A DNA stretch of 64,000 bases from an uncultured Acidimicrobiaceae bacterium. Its GTDB lineage: Bacteria > Actinomycetota > Acidimicrobiia > Acidimicrobiales > Bog-793. The position numbers were made by a program, and so were the translations under genes. Below, piece after piece: positions 35,394 to 44,395 of the stretch. Each line of letters starts with the position of its first letter. Positions within the stretch are counted from its first letter, which is position 1. The notes under the pieces were generated by a model that was given only the letters and a program-made list of their open reading frames with translations, had not been told where the DNA came from and ran no database searches. Where the stretch lies: contig CAVRAT010000015.1 of NCBI GenBank assembly GCA_963719125.1, forward strand, positions 77,782-141,781. The letters run 5' to 3'.

Positions 35394-36700
35394 TTGATCG
35401 CCGGCGACCCCGGCTGGTGGTGGCCGCACGGCTTCGGTTCGGTACCCCCACTGCAGATCGCGGAAGCTGCGTCAGTTCTGTGTGACATCGTCTGGATCGT
35501 CGACGAGAGCGTTCCGGAGAGTGCCTTCACCTGTCAGTTGTTGAGGAAGGTCGGGCCTGTGGTGAATACCGCCGGCCTGTCATCGCAGGAGGTCGCTTCG
35601 TTATTGCGTCCGCACTGTCCCCAAGGGGTGATGGCCTATCGAGGGGACGACATCGTGCCGCTTGCGCTGATAGCCGAGGAACTTGGGCTCAGCTATCGCA
35701 CACGCGAAGTGGCTGGCGCTTTGTGGACAAGCTCCTGCAGCGCGAGGCGCTGCGAAACGGTGGCGTGCCGTCGCCGCCTTGCTGGGCGGTCCCAGCCGAC
35801 AGCAGCCCCGCCGCCGTCGAGACTCTTGCCGCGGCAGTGGAATACCCGGCCGTGCTCAAGCCGCGCATGGCCAATGCCAGTCGGTACGCGACGCCCGTCG
35901 CCGACGCGGGCGATCTCGTCCGCCAGATCGCCCAGCTCCCACAAGAGGCTGGGGGCGAGACCGGCATGTACGTCGAGCAGTAACTTCCGAGCCTTGTCAC
36001 GTGGACGGGCGAGCGTTTCGGCGACTACCTGTCGGTAGAGAGCCTGGTGAGCTCCGGCGAGATCAGCCATGTGGCCGTGACCGGGCGGTTCTCGCTGGCC
36101 GAGCCTTTCCGGGAAACCGGGTTCTTCATACCCGCTGAGCTGCCGCAATCTCAGCTCGACGCTGTGCTCGAACTCGCCACGGCCGCCCTGCGAGCGCTCG
36201 AAGTGAGGAACGGTGACTGCCACACCGAGATCAAGCTGACCCCGGACGGCCCCCGTGTGATCGAGGTGAACGGCAGGCTCGGTGGGGGCATTCCAGAGAT
36301 GCTGCTCCAGGCAAGCGGCGTGCCGCTCTTCGAGCTCTCGATGCGCGCCGCGCTCGATGAGCGGGTGGTCGTGAACCACTTGGTCCCCTGCCGCAGAGTC
36401 GGCTGGCTCTTCGAATTCCAGCCCCCGACCGATGCCTGCCGGGTCTTGAGCATCCAAGGCCTCGACCGGTTGGCCAGGCTCGCCGGGGTGAACGCGGTCT
36501 TCGTGAACCGGGCGCCCGGCGACGAGATCGACTGGCGAGCAAGTGGTGGCAGCCACTTCATCTACTCGGTCTCCGGGGTGTCGGCGGACTACGACGGACT
36601 CCTCGAGATCAACCGCTTTCTCCGTGAAGAAGTGTCGATCGTCTACGAGTTCGGCGACTCCGCGCCTTTCGACGGGGAACTGTCAGCCACTAATTTCTGA
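35394..36700 (+). pseudogene. ATP-grasp ligase paralog, inactivated (1-nt deletion near 35718-35725 and TAC to TAA nonsense at 35981-35983)
   Basis: Collinear with 37950-39221 over its full length in three ORF pieces (35394-, 35723-35983, 36047-36700). Where the intact paralog has VEQYIPSL, this copy has VEQ*LPSL. Confidence 0.8.
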
Positions 36701-36733
36701 CCAGCGCTGCACCGGCTCAGACCGGCAGGCCAC

Positions 36734-37876
36734 TTGATTGGACCGGCGTTCACTATGGCCTACCGGACGATTGTCTGCACCGGGCACGACGGTTTCGAAC
36801 AGGTGCGAGGTCACTTCGAGGCACTCGCTTGTCACGCGCGGTACTTCACCCAGTTGCCGGAGTGGCTGGGGAGCCTCACAACAGATGCAGTTTCGTGGTT
36901 TGCGGTCGTGGACGAGGACCGCACCGTCGCGGTGGCCGCCCTCAGCCCACAGCGAGCAAGGTTCTGGGGCAAGGAACTCAGGCTCCTCGGTGGCGTACGG
37001 CAGGTTCTCGACGGCAGGCAGGAGCATGGCTTGCCGTTGGGCGCCGTTGCGATCGCCCACCCCGAGGCAGATCTCAAGACCACAGCCAGGGCATTGCTGG
37101 TCGGCTATCGGCAGGCCGGTGCCAACTGGGACGTACTGTGGCTCGACGCGGTTCGCGAAGGATCACCCTGGCTGGGGTCCGGATTCGAGTGTGACATGCG
37201 GGAAGTGGAATCCAGCGTGCCCGTTCTCGACACCACAATGCCGAGCAGTCAGTTCTGGGCAGCGGCGTCGGCACACCTCAGGCATGGGCTGAGCACGAAC
37301 CGGAGGCGCATGGACCGCGAGGGACGGACCAGCGCCGTTGTCGAGGCGCGCACGCCGGACGAGGTGGCCACCGCGTTCGACGACTTCGTGGAGTTGGAAG
37401 GCAGGGGCTGGAAGCGTCGTGTGGGTGCTTTCGTGAAACGGCCGGAGGCGGCTGACTTTGTCAGACGCTTCTTCGTGAGTGCCGCCGCGTCGCGTCGCGT
37501 GTCGATCCGATCCTTGCTCATCGACGATCGCCTGGCAGCCTCTCAGCTCTCGGTACGGGTAGGAGACTCGATCGCGTTGGTGAAGATCGCATACGACGAG
37601 ACCTTGCAGCATCTGAGCCCCGGGAACCTGCTGATGGCCGATCTCATCTCGAAGGCGTGTGACGATCCCACCGTCAACCGCATCGATTTCGGGGAACGGG
37701 CGAGTTGGTTCGACCGCTGGGGCACAGTCACGTCACCGACATACGACCTGATCGCCTTCAACCCACGCTCGCCGGCGGGACTCGCGGCCGGAACGGTCTG
37801 GAAGGCTCTGCGCGCCGTGGGAAAGCGGCCACGCTACTCAGACTCACCCGATGACCCCGGAGTCCACATGCATTGA
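36734..37876 (+). CDS. FemAB/CelD-like GNAT acyltransferase (PF13480-like)
   Basis: ..FDDFVELEGRGWKRRVGAFV..SIRSLLIDDRLAASQLSV..KIAYDETLQHLSPGNLLMADLI. Same family as 2-937 and 1005-2018. Start is TTG 36734 or ATG 36755. Confidence 0.75.
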   Translation: MIGPAFTMAYRTIVCTGHDGFEQVRGHFEALACHARYFTQLPEWLGSLTTDAVSWFAVVDEDRTVAVAALSPQRARFWGKELRLLGGVRQVLDGRQEHGLPLGAVAIAHPEADLKTTARALLVGYRQAGANWDVLWLDAVREGSPWLGSGFECDMREVESSVPVLDTTMPSSQFWAAASAHLRHGLSTNRRRMDREGRTSAVVEARTPDEVATAFDDFVELEGRGWKRRVGAFVKRPEAADFVRRFFVSAAASRRVSIRSLLIDDRLAASQLSVRVGDSIALVKIAYDETLQHLSPGNLLMADLISKACDDPTVNRIDFGERASWFDRWGTVTSPTYDLIAFNPRSPAGLAAGTVWKALRAVGKRPRYSDSPDDPGVHMH

Positions 37877-37949
37877 AGAGGCTGAGCTTGGCTGAGCCGC
37901 GGCGGGACTGCTGCTTGTACTTTGCACAACCATCTGGTAGTCCCTTGCT

Positions 37950-39221
37950 GTGCCACCGGTGACCGCCGACCGCCGGCAACCTCTGCTCGTGGTGGGGCAC
38001 GGCCATCGCTCCGTGCCTCCCATGCAGATCGTGGAGGCGGCGTCAGAGCTCTGCGACATCCTGTGGCTCCTCGACGAGAGCTCTCCGGACGGTGCCTTCA
38101 CCAGCCGCTTGCTCAGGAAACTCGGGACCGTGGTGAACCTTGCCGGCCCGTCACCGGAGGAGGCTGCCTCGCTGCTGCGGTCGTATTCCCCCGACGGGGT
38201 GGTGGCCTATCGCGACGAGGACATCGTCCCTCTTTCGCTCATAGCCGCAGAACTGGGGCTCGAGTACCGCACACCCGAGGTCGCCAGGCGCCTCGTGGAC
38301 AAGCTCTTGCAGCGAGATGCGCTCCGCAAGGGCGGACTGCCTTCACCGTCTTGCTGGGCGGTCCCCGTCGACCGGAATCCTGCCGCGATCGAAGAGTTAG
38401 CCGCGGAGGTGCAATACCCTGCGGTCCTCAAACCGCGTATCGGAAACGGCGGCCAGTACACGATGCCGGTCGCCGACGCGGGCGATCTTCTCCGTTCGGT
38501 TGCCCAGCTCCCGCCCGAGGCAGGCGGCGACACGGGGATGTTCGTCGAGCAGTACATCCCGAGTCTCGCGACAGCGCCGGACGAGCGATTCGGCAGCTAC
38601 GTGTCGGTGGAGAGCCTGGTAGCCGGAGGTGAGATCAGCCATCTCGCGGTGACGGGGCGGTTCCCCCTGGCCGAGCCGTTCCGGGAGACGGGTTTTTTCA
38701 TCCCTGCTGACCTCCCCCGGGCTCAGCTTGCGGAAGTGCTCGCAGTCACCACGGCTGCGCTGCACGCGCTCGGTGTGAGGACCGGTGACTGCCATACAGA
38801 GCTCAAGCTGACACCGGACGGTCCCCGAGTGCTCGAGGTGAACGGCAGGCTCGGTGGCGGGATCCCTGAGATGCTCCTGCGGGCGAGCGGCGTGTCGGCC
38901 TTCGAGCTCTCGATGCGCGTCGCCCTCGGTGAGCCGGTCGTCGTGGATGGCCCCGTCCCGTGCTCCAGGGTCGCCTGGCGCTTCTTGTTCCAGCCTCCGA
39001 CTTCTGCCCACCGCGTCGTCGCCATCGACGGCCTCGACCGGCTGTCCGAGCTCCCGGGGGTCAACGAGATCTATGTGAACAGGTCGCCTGGCGATCCCGT
39101 CGACTGGCGCGAGGGGACTCGCCATTACGTCTACTCGGTCTTCGGGGCGTCCGCGGATTACGACGGGCTTTTGGAGATCAACCGTTTCCTCCACGAGGAA
39201 GTGTCCATCGTCTACGAGTGA
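37950..39221 (+). CDS. ATP-grasp domain ligase (carboxylate-amine/L-amino-acid-ligase-like)
   Basis: Pre-ATP-grasp N-domain, then ..YPAVLKPRIGNGGQYTMPV..MFVEQYIP..SVESLV..GEISHLAVTGRF..CHTELKLTPDGPRVLEVNGRLGGG: classic ATP-grasp motifs. Confidence 0.85.
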   Translation: MPPVTADRRQPLLVVGHGHRSVPPMQIVEAASELCDILWLLDESSPDGAFTSRLLRKLGTVVNLAGPSPEEAASLLRSYSPDGVVAYRDEDIVPLSLIAAELGLEYRTPEVARRLVDKLLQRDALRKGGLPSPSCWAVPVDRNPAAIEELAAEVQYPAVLKPRIGNGGQYTMPVADAGDLLRSVAQLPPEAGGDTGMFVEQYIPSLATAPDERFGSYVSVESLVAGGEISHLAVTGRFPLAEPFRETGFFIPADLPRAQLAEVLAVTTAALHALGVRTGDCHTELKLTPDGPRVLEVNGRLGGGIPEMLLRASGVSAFELSMRVALGEPVVVDGPVPCSRVAWRFLFQPPTSAHRVVAIDGLDRLSELPGVNEIYVNRSPGDPVDWREGTRHYVYSVFGASADYDGLLEINRFLHEEVSIVYE

Positions 39222-41101
39222 GGCGGCTCGAGCGCGGACTCGGTCGCCCCTTTGCTGGTCAGCTCGAGCGAGCGTCTGAGCCCATGATCCTCTCGACGCA
39301 CTGCTGCGCGTCGAGGAACGCCCGCAGGCAGCTCTTCGGCGAGGGGACGTAGTGGGTGAAATAGCGCACGCCCCTCGGTGAGCGAGCCGAACAGCCAGAT
39401 TCTTCGCGCCGGCTGCCCGTAGGCGTCGGTTGGGTGGAACTTCTCGTTCAAGGCAACGCTTCCCACCTCTGTCGCGTCGTAGCAGAGGGGCTGGAGCCTC
39501 CCGTCGTGCCAGAGGTTCGTCAGCAAGGAGGAACTCGAGCGCGAGACGGTGGGGTTCTCGAGGTGACCGTGGATGAGCCAATTCACCTTCTCGGAGTACG
39601 TGTGCTCCAGGTGCCTCGAGCCCAGCAGGAATCCCTCGGCCCCGATGGGCTCGACCCACGGCGAGGGCCCGAAGGGCACCGTGACGACGTCCGCGTCGAT
39701 GAGCGCCAGGAGCTGCTTGGAACGGATCGCCGGTGGGCCGGCCACGATGCGGTTGACCCTCGTCTTGATGTTGTCGCGGAAGTCGAGGTAGGAGTCGAGT
39801 GTGAGGCCGCTGAACTCGATCACTGTGCGCATGAGGTCCCGCAGGTGACGGAGCACCTCGTAGGCGGACTTCACCGGACATGAGCCCCCGCGGAGAGACT
39901 CGCGTAGGTCGGCCTCGACCAACGAGTAGATCTGCGACTCGTAGTCCTTGGAGGAGACGTAGTCACTACGGGGGCCGAAGAAATGCACCCAGGGGTCGAA
40001 ATCGCCGTAGCGACCGGCGAGGCCGTTGACCACGGTCCCATACGACCCGTCGTGCCAGGCCCGGCCCAGCTGACTCGTCACTTCCTCGCTGGCTGCTCGC
40101 CCCTTTGCGAGCAGGGCCGACTGGGCGAAGTACCTGATCTGCATCTCTGTGAGGACGAGGGGCAGGACTGCGGAGCGAAAGTCGATCTGGCGCCTGGGCC
40201 TCCCCGTCGCCTGACCCCCCTGGACCTCCCCGATCGCCTCTTTGGTGCAGACGACGGCTTGGAACTCGTCGCTCTCGTCGACGGTCGCCACCGCCTTCGA
40301 GCAGTAGGGGAACCCGCTCCGGGAAAAGAGCCGCAGCGTCGGTTCGTCCCCCGAGCCGACATAGCGCAGCCGGTCGCCGGACTCGACGAACGAGCCGCCT
40401 CTTCCGACAGTGAGGGCGATGACGACGTCGGTTGCCACGAGCCCCATCCCCTCGACTCCGACCGTGGCCCCGCGTGGGATGGCCTTCGTGTAGCGATCAA
40501 CCGGGTAAGGCCGCGGTATCAGTGCTGGGCTCGCCTGCGGCTCGACGTTGTCGGTGTGTCCCGAAGTCAAGATGACGTGATCGACGTCGAGGTACTCCCC
40601 GTTTGCCAGCAGGACGCGCTCACGCTCGCCGCGGCTCACGATGTTCACCGCAGCGGTGTGGTGGTGGACGATCTCCACCTTCGCGGGCGCCGACGCCACG
40701 AGCGTCGCATAGAACCACTGCAGGTACTCGCCCATGAGCCGCCGCGGAAGGTAGTCGTCGCCGGTTATCTCGCGGCCAACGGCGTCGACCCGACAGGTGT
40801 CACCCACCCAGCGGTAGCCGGCTGCGGTGACCCACTCGTATAGTCCGACGGCGTAGCGGGGCGATGGGCCTTCGTCCTGCCAGGGATAGAGCGATATCTG
40901 CCCACAAGGTGTGTTGAGGATCAGATAGTCGGGCTGATCGACCGCGTAGACGCCTGATCCCGGCGTGCCCGGCTCGACGACGTGAACGCGCGCAGATCCC
41001 CACTGTGAGCGCGAACCTGTCACGATGCGTTCGAGGAAGCTGAGCCCCCACGAACCCAGTCCGATGACGGCAATTTCCATCAGAACATCCTGGTCCGGCA
41101 A
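39212..41101 (-). CDS. FAD/NAD(P)-binding domain protein (NAD_binding_9-like, uncharacterised flavoprotein)
   Basis: IAVIGLGSWG dinucleotide-binding motif near the N-terminus, ..HVILTSGHTDN.., about 620 aa. The alternative start ATG 41080 gives MEIAVIGLG. Confidence 0.75.
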   Translation of the reverse strand: MPDQDVLMEIAVIGLGSWGLSFLERIVTGSRSQWGSARVHVVEPGTPGSGVYAVDQPDYLILNTPCGQISLYPWQDEGPSPRYAVGLYEWVTAAGYRWVGDTCRVDAVGREITGDDYLPRRLMGEYLQWFYATLVASAPAKVEIVHHHTAAVNIVSRGERERVLLANGEYLDVDHVILTSGHTDNVEPQASPALIPRPYPVDRYTKAIPRGATVGVEGMGLVATDVVIALTVGRGGSFVESGDRLRYVGSGDEPTLRLFSRSGFPYCSKAVATVDESDEFQAVVCTKEAIGEVQGGQATGRPRRQIDFRSAVLPLVLTEMQIRYFAQSALLAKGRAASEEVTSQLGRAWHDGSYGTVVNGLAGRYGDFDPWVHFFGPRSDYVSSKDYESQIYSLVEADLRESLRGGSCPVKSAYEVLRHLRDLMRTVIEFSGLTLDSYLDFRDNIKTRVNRIVAGPPAIRSKQLLALIDADVVTVPFGPSPWVEPIGAEGFLLGSRHLEHTYSEKVNWLIHGHLENPTVSRSSSSLLTNLWHDGRLQPLCYDATEVGSVALNEKFHPTDAYGQPARRIWLFGSLTEGRALFHPLRPLAEELPAGVPRRAAVRREDHGLRRSLELTSKGATESALEPPHS

Positions 41102-41262
41102 GAGGCCATCACGCGAGGTTACTACGGTGTCGCAACCCTCCCGAACGGAGACGGCCTCAGGCAGACCCAGACGTTGTGTCGCCGAATTGTCACTCAGAGC
41201 AGTCGGCCGGGACCTTCGCCGCCCACGGGGCGCACGGTTTGCACCGGGTTAGGATCAGCCTT

Positions 41263-42393
41263 ATGCCTCCCGAGAAGCTGCACTGGTCTCACCTCTACAC
41301 CGAAGTCGTGACCTCCGGTCTGTGCACAGGGTGTTCGGCCTGCGTGGTCGTCTGCCCATACGACGTGCTTGGCTACAACGACCAGGACGGGGTGTACCGC
41401 CCGTTCCACGTCGCGGAGATGGGCGGGACGGACAACTGCACGCACGGCGAGAAGGGCTGCACCCTCTGCACGAGAGCCTGTCCGCGGTTCCGGACCTGGG
41501 AGCCTGAGATCGACGCCTTCCTCTTCGGGCGCGAACGCGAGGAGGACGAGGTCTACGGCATCGCACAGGACGTGATTCTTGCCCGGACCACCGACCCTGA
41601 GCTGCTGGCGGCCGGCCAGGACGGCGGCCTTGTTTCGGCGCTCTTGATCTGGGCTCTCGAGCACGACATGATCGACGCCGCCCTGGTCTCGGTCCTCGAG
41701 GGGGACGGGACCACCTGGAAGGCGGTGCCCGGAGTCGCCCGCAACAGGGATGAGGTGATCGCGGCTGCAGGCTCGCGCTACACCTATTCGGCCAATCCGA
41801 GCGCCTACGCGGCGGCGACCGAGGCAGGCGCGGAGCGCATCGCACTTGTCGGAATGGGCTGCCAGGCCTCGGCCCCGGCGGTCATGTCCGCGCGCAAGGC
41901 GGGCAAGGTCGCGCGGCGCTTCGTGCTGACGATCGGCCTTTTGTGCTCGAAGTCCTTCGACGACGCCATCTTCCCCGAGCTGTTCGAGGCCCGTTACGGC
42001 CTGGCCCGAGAGGACATCGTGAAGATGAACATCAAGGGTGTCTTCCAGGTGTGGACCCGCGACGGCGTGCTGCACGAGGTCCCGTTGAAAGAGGCGTACC
42101 CGTGGACGCGGGAGGGCTGTAACCACTGCCCCGACTTCGCAGCCGAGCACGCGGACCTCTCGGCCGGTGGCATCGGCGCCTTCCCCGACTGGACGCTCAC
42201 GATGGTCCGCACCGACCGGGGCCGGGAGCTGATTTCGGCGATGCAGACAGCCGGAGCCATCGAGGTGCGTTCCGCTTTCGACGACGACCCCGGCGCGGTG
42301 ACCCTGCTCCGCAAGCTCTCGCGTGTGAGCCGCCGGCGATGGCCGGAGGACGGAGAACAGGCTCCGAGGCGCATCCCGGTCGCAAGCACCTGA
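41263..42393 (+). CDS. FrhB/FdhB-family protein (coenzyme F420 hydrogenase/dehydrogenase beta-subunit-like) with N-terminal 2x[4Fe-4S] ferredoxin motifs
   Basis: CTGCSACVVVCP and CTLCTRACP cysteine clusters. ..GQDGGLVSALL..AAGSRYTYS..VGMGCQ..CPDFAAEHADLSAGGIG are typical FrhB_FdhB N/C domains. ATG at 41263. Confidence 0.8.
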   Translation: MPPEKLHWSHLYTEVVTSGLCTGCSACVVVCPYDVLGYNDQDGVYRPFHVAEMGGTDNCTHGEKGCTLCTRACPRFRTWEPEIDAFLFGREREEDEVYGIAQDVILARTTDPELLAAGQDGGLVSALLIWALEHDMIDAALVSVLEGDGTTWKAVPGVARNRDEVIAAAGSRYTYSANPSAYAAATEAGAERIALVGMGCQASAPAVMSARKAGKVARRFVLTIGLLCSKSFDDAIFPELFEARYGLAREDIVKMNIKGVFQVWTRDGVLHEVPLKEAYPWTREGCNHCPDFAAEHADLSAGGIGAFPDWTLTMVRTDRGRELISAMQTAGAIEVRSAFDDDPGAVTLLRKLSRVSRRRWPEDGEQAPRRIPVAST

Positions 42394-42413
42394 GGCGAAG
42401 GCCCCGAACGGAC

Positions 42414-43151
42414 TTACGCTCCAAGCTCGCGGGCCCGTGCGAGCACTGTGTCGAACATGTCCGCAGTCAGAAGACCGGTGAAGACGTTGCGCTGGCTCGG
42501 GTGGTAAGAGCAGAGCAATGTGCGAGGACCTGCTATCTGTGGGTGGCCTTGAGTACCTGAAGCACGCCCTTGCTGCGGCGCCAGTGGCAGCTCGAGGCCG
42601 TGAGCGAAACGCACCCGTTTCCCCTTTGTCGTTCCCGCAACATCAGGTAGGCGCCATAGCGCGTCGTAGGCGAAAGCGCCGAGAGCGAGCAGCACGCGGG
42701 CACCGGAAAGCTCTTGCAGCTCCGAGGAGAGGTAACGAGCGCATGTGTTGCGCTCGAGTGGGGTCGGCTTGTTGGCGGGCGGGGCGCAGCGTACCGCGGC
42801 GGTGACCCAGGTCCCGGACAACTCAAGGCCGTCGTCGATCGACCGGCTGAGCGCCTGGTTGGCGTAGCCCGCGCGATGCAGAGCTGCGTACAGGAAGTTG
42901 CCGGAGCGGTCCCCCGTGAACATCCGGCCGGTTCGGTTCCCGCCGTGGGCCGCCGGAGCCAGGCCGACGATCACGAGCCGCGCCTCCGGGTCGCCGAAGC
43001 CCGGCAGAGGACGCTCCCAGTATCTTTCCGTGCAATGCGAGACCGGTGGGTTGGACGCCGCGGCGTGGCGCCAGGCTACGAGCCTCGGGCAGAGGGAACA
43101 ATTCGCCACCTCGCGACCGATTTGCTCCAGGCGTCCCGCGGTCGATTGCAC
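42414..43151 (-). CDS. Uracil-DNA glycosylase superfamily protein (family 4/5, UdgB-like)
   Basis: ..CSLCPRL..GFGDPEARLVIVGLAPAAHGGNRTGRMFTGDRSG..SYHPSQRN. The start is uncertain (GTG 43151 proposed). The upstream part of the 411-aa ORF is shadow. Confidence 0.8.
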   Translation of the reverse strand: MQSTAGRLEQIGREVANCSLCPRLVAWRHAAASNPPVSHCTERYWERPLPGFGDPEARLVIVGLAPAAHGGNRTGRMFTGDRSGNFLYAALHRAGYANQALSRSIDDGLELSGTWVTAAVRCAPPANKPTPLERNTCARYLSSELQELSGARVLLALGAFAYDALWRLPDVAGTTKGKRVRFAHGLELPLAPQQGRASGTQGHPQIAGPRTLLCSYHPSQRNVFTGLLTADMFDTVLARARELGA

Positions 43152-43166
43152 GGGCCAAAGGCTACG

Positions 43167-43838
43167 GTGTCGGGCGTGCCGCCAACTCGCCCCAAACCGC
43201 TCCGCCCGACCGTGGTGTGCTTCGTCCGCCACGGGACGACGGCGACGACCGGCAAGGTGCTGCCGGGCCGGGCACGGGGCCTGCACCTGTCCGACAAGGG
43301 CTGGGATGAGGCGGCAAAGGCCGGCGAGGCCATTGCCGGTATATCCGTCTCGGCGGTGTACGCATCGCCACTCGAGCGGGCGAGAGAGACGGCTTCGGCA
43401 ATCTCCCAGCGTGTGGGCAAGCCCGTCGTTATTGAACGTGGGCTCGTCGAGTGCGACTTCGGGAGCTGGACCGGCGAGCCGTTGGCCCAGTTGCGCAAGC
43501 TTCCCGAGTGGCAGGCCGTCCAGCGCGTGCCCTCGAGTTTTCGCTTCCCCGGCGGCGAGTCGTTCGCAGAGCTGCAGGCCCGCATGGTTGACACCGTCGG
43601 AAGGCTCTGCACAGCGCACCCCGGCGAGTTCGTCGTTGCGGTGTCGCATGCGGACTGCATCAAGGTTGCACTAGCCAACGCTCTCGGCGTGCCGCTCGAT
43701 CTCTTCCAGCGGATCGTCGTCGCCCCTTGTTCGATCAGCACGGTCGTGTACAGCTCCGAGGGGCCGGCTGTCTTGGCCATGGGCGCGACCGGCGCGCCGC
43801 CGGCGGGCCTGCCTTCAACTCATGAGAGGTCGAGGTGA
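43167..43838 (+). CDS. Histidine phosphatase superfamily protein (MSMEG_4193/Rv2135c-like putative phosphomutase/phosphatase)
   Basis: ..VVCFVRHGTTATTGKVLPGR..LS.KG..YASPLERARETA..VSHAD.IK. RHG catalytic motif. GTG 43167 proposed. Confidence 0.8.
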   Translation: MSGVPPTRPKPLRPTVVCFVRHGTTATTGKVLPGRARGLHLSDKGWDEAAKAGEAIAGISVSAVYASPLERARETASAISQRVGKPVVIERGLVECDFGSWTGEPLAQLRKLPEWQAVQRVPSSFRFPGGESFAELQARMVDTVGRLCTAHPGEFVVAVSHADCIKVALANALGVPLDLFQRIVVAPCSISTVVYSSEGPAVLAMGATGAPPAGLPSTHERSR

Positions 43839-44395
43839 CTGAGGATTTCGAGCTTGCGAACCCCGACCGGGTGACGATCGGGACGGTCGGTCCCGTGGGC
43901 GAGCGCGTGTTCCTGTTCCAGGTGCGTGAGGGCCCCATCTTGAAGACGCTCAAGGTCGAGAAGGCCCAAGTCTCCGCGCTGGCGCGCTTTCTCGGCAGGA
44001 TGCTCGCCGAGCTCGAGCGCCCCGGGGAGCTGCCGTCGGGCGAAGATCTTGCTCTCGAGCCGTTCGGGGAACCGGATTTCGTGGTTCGCTCACTCGGTGT
44101 CAGCTACGACGACGACCTCGACCGCATCATCCTCGTCGCGGACGAGATCGACCGGACCGAAGCCGAGACTGAGGTCGAATCACTTTTCGATATCGCGGAG
44201 GATTCCGAGCCGGAAGCCGAGACGGGCGAGAGCGTACGGTTAGCGATGACCCGGGAGCAGGCGGCTGCGCTGGCCATTCGCGGGACGGAGCTCGTCGAGG
44301 CGGGCCGGCCGCCTTGCCCGCTCTGCGGGTACCCACTCGACCCGAGAGGCCACGTGTGCCCGAGGACGAACGGCCACCGTCCGCCGCTGACCTGA
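43835..44395 (+). CDS. DUF3090-family protein
   Basis: ..VTIGTVGPVGERVFLFQ..LKVEKAQV..GRPPCPLCGYPLDP.GHVCPRTNGH: conserved C-terminal Cys/His motif. GTGA overlap with the upstream gene. Confidence 0.85.
   Translation: MTEDFELANPDRVTIGTVGPVGERVFLFQVREGPILKTLKVEKAQVSALARFLGRMLAELERPGELPSGEDLALEPFGEPDFVVRSLGVSYDDDLDRIILVADEIDRTEAETEVESLFDIAEDSEPEAETGESVRLAMTREQAAALAIRGTELVEAGRPPCPLCGYPLDPRGHVCPRTNGHRPPLT

Noticed and set aside
35693-42150. Minus-strand ORFs 35693-36556, 38397-39881 and 41194-42150, and plus-strand ORF 39983-40843
   Set aside because: They are antisense shadows of the ATP-grasp genes, the FrhB-like gene and the flavoprotein gene respectively. No motifs were found and the amino-acid composition is skewed.
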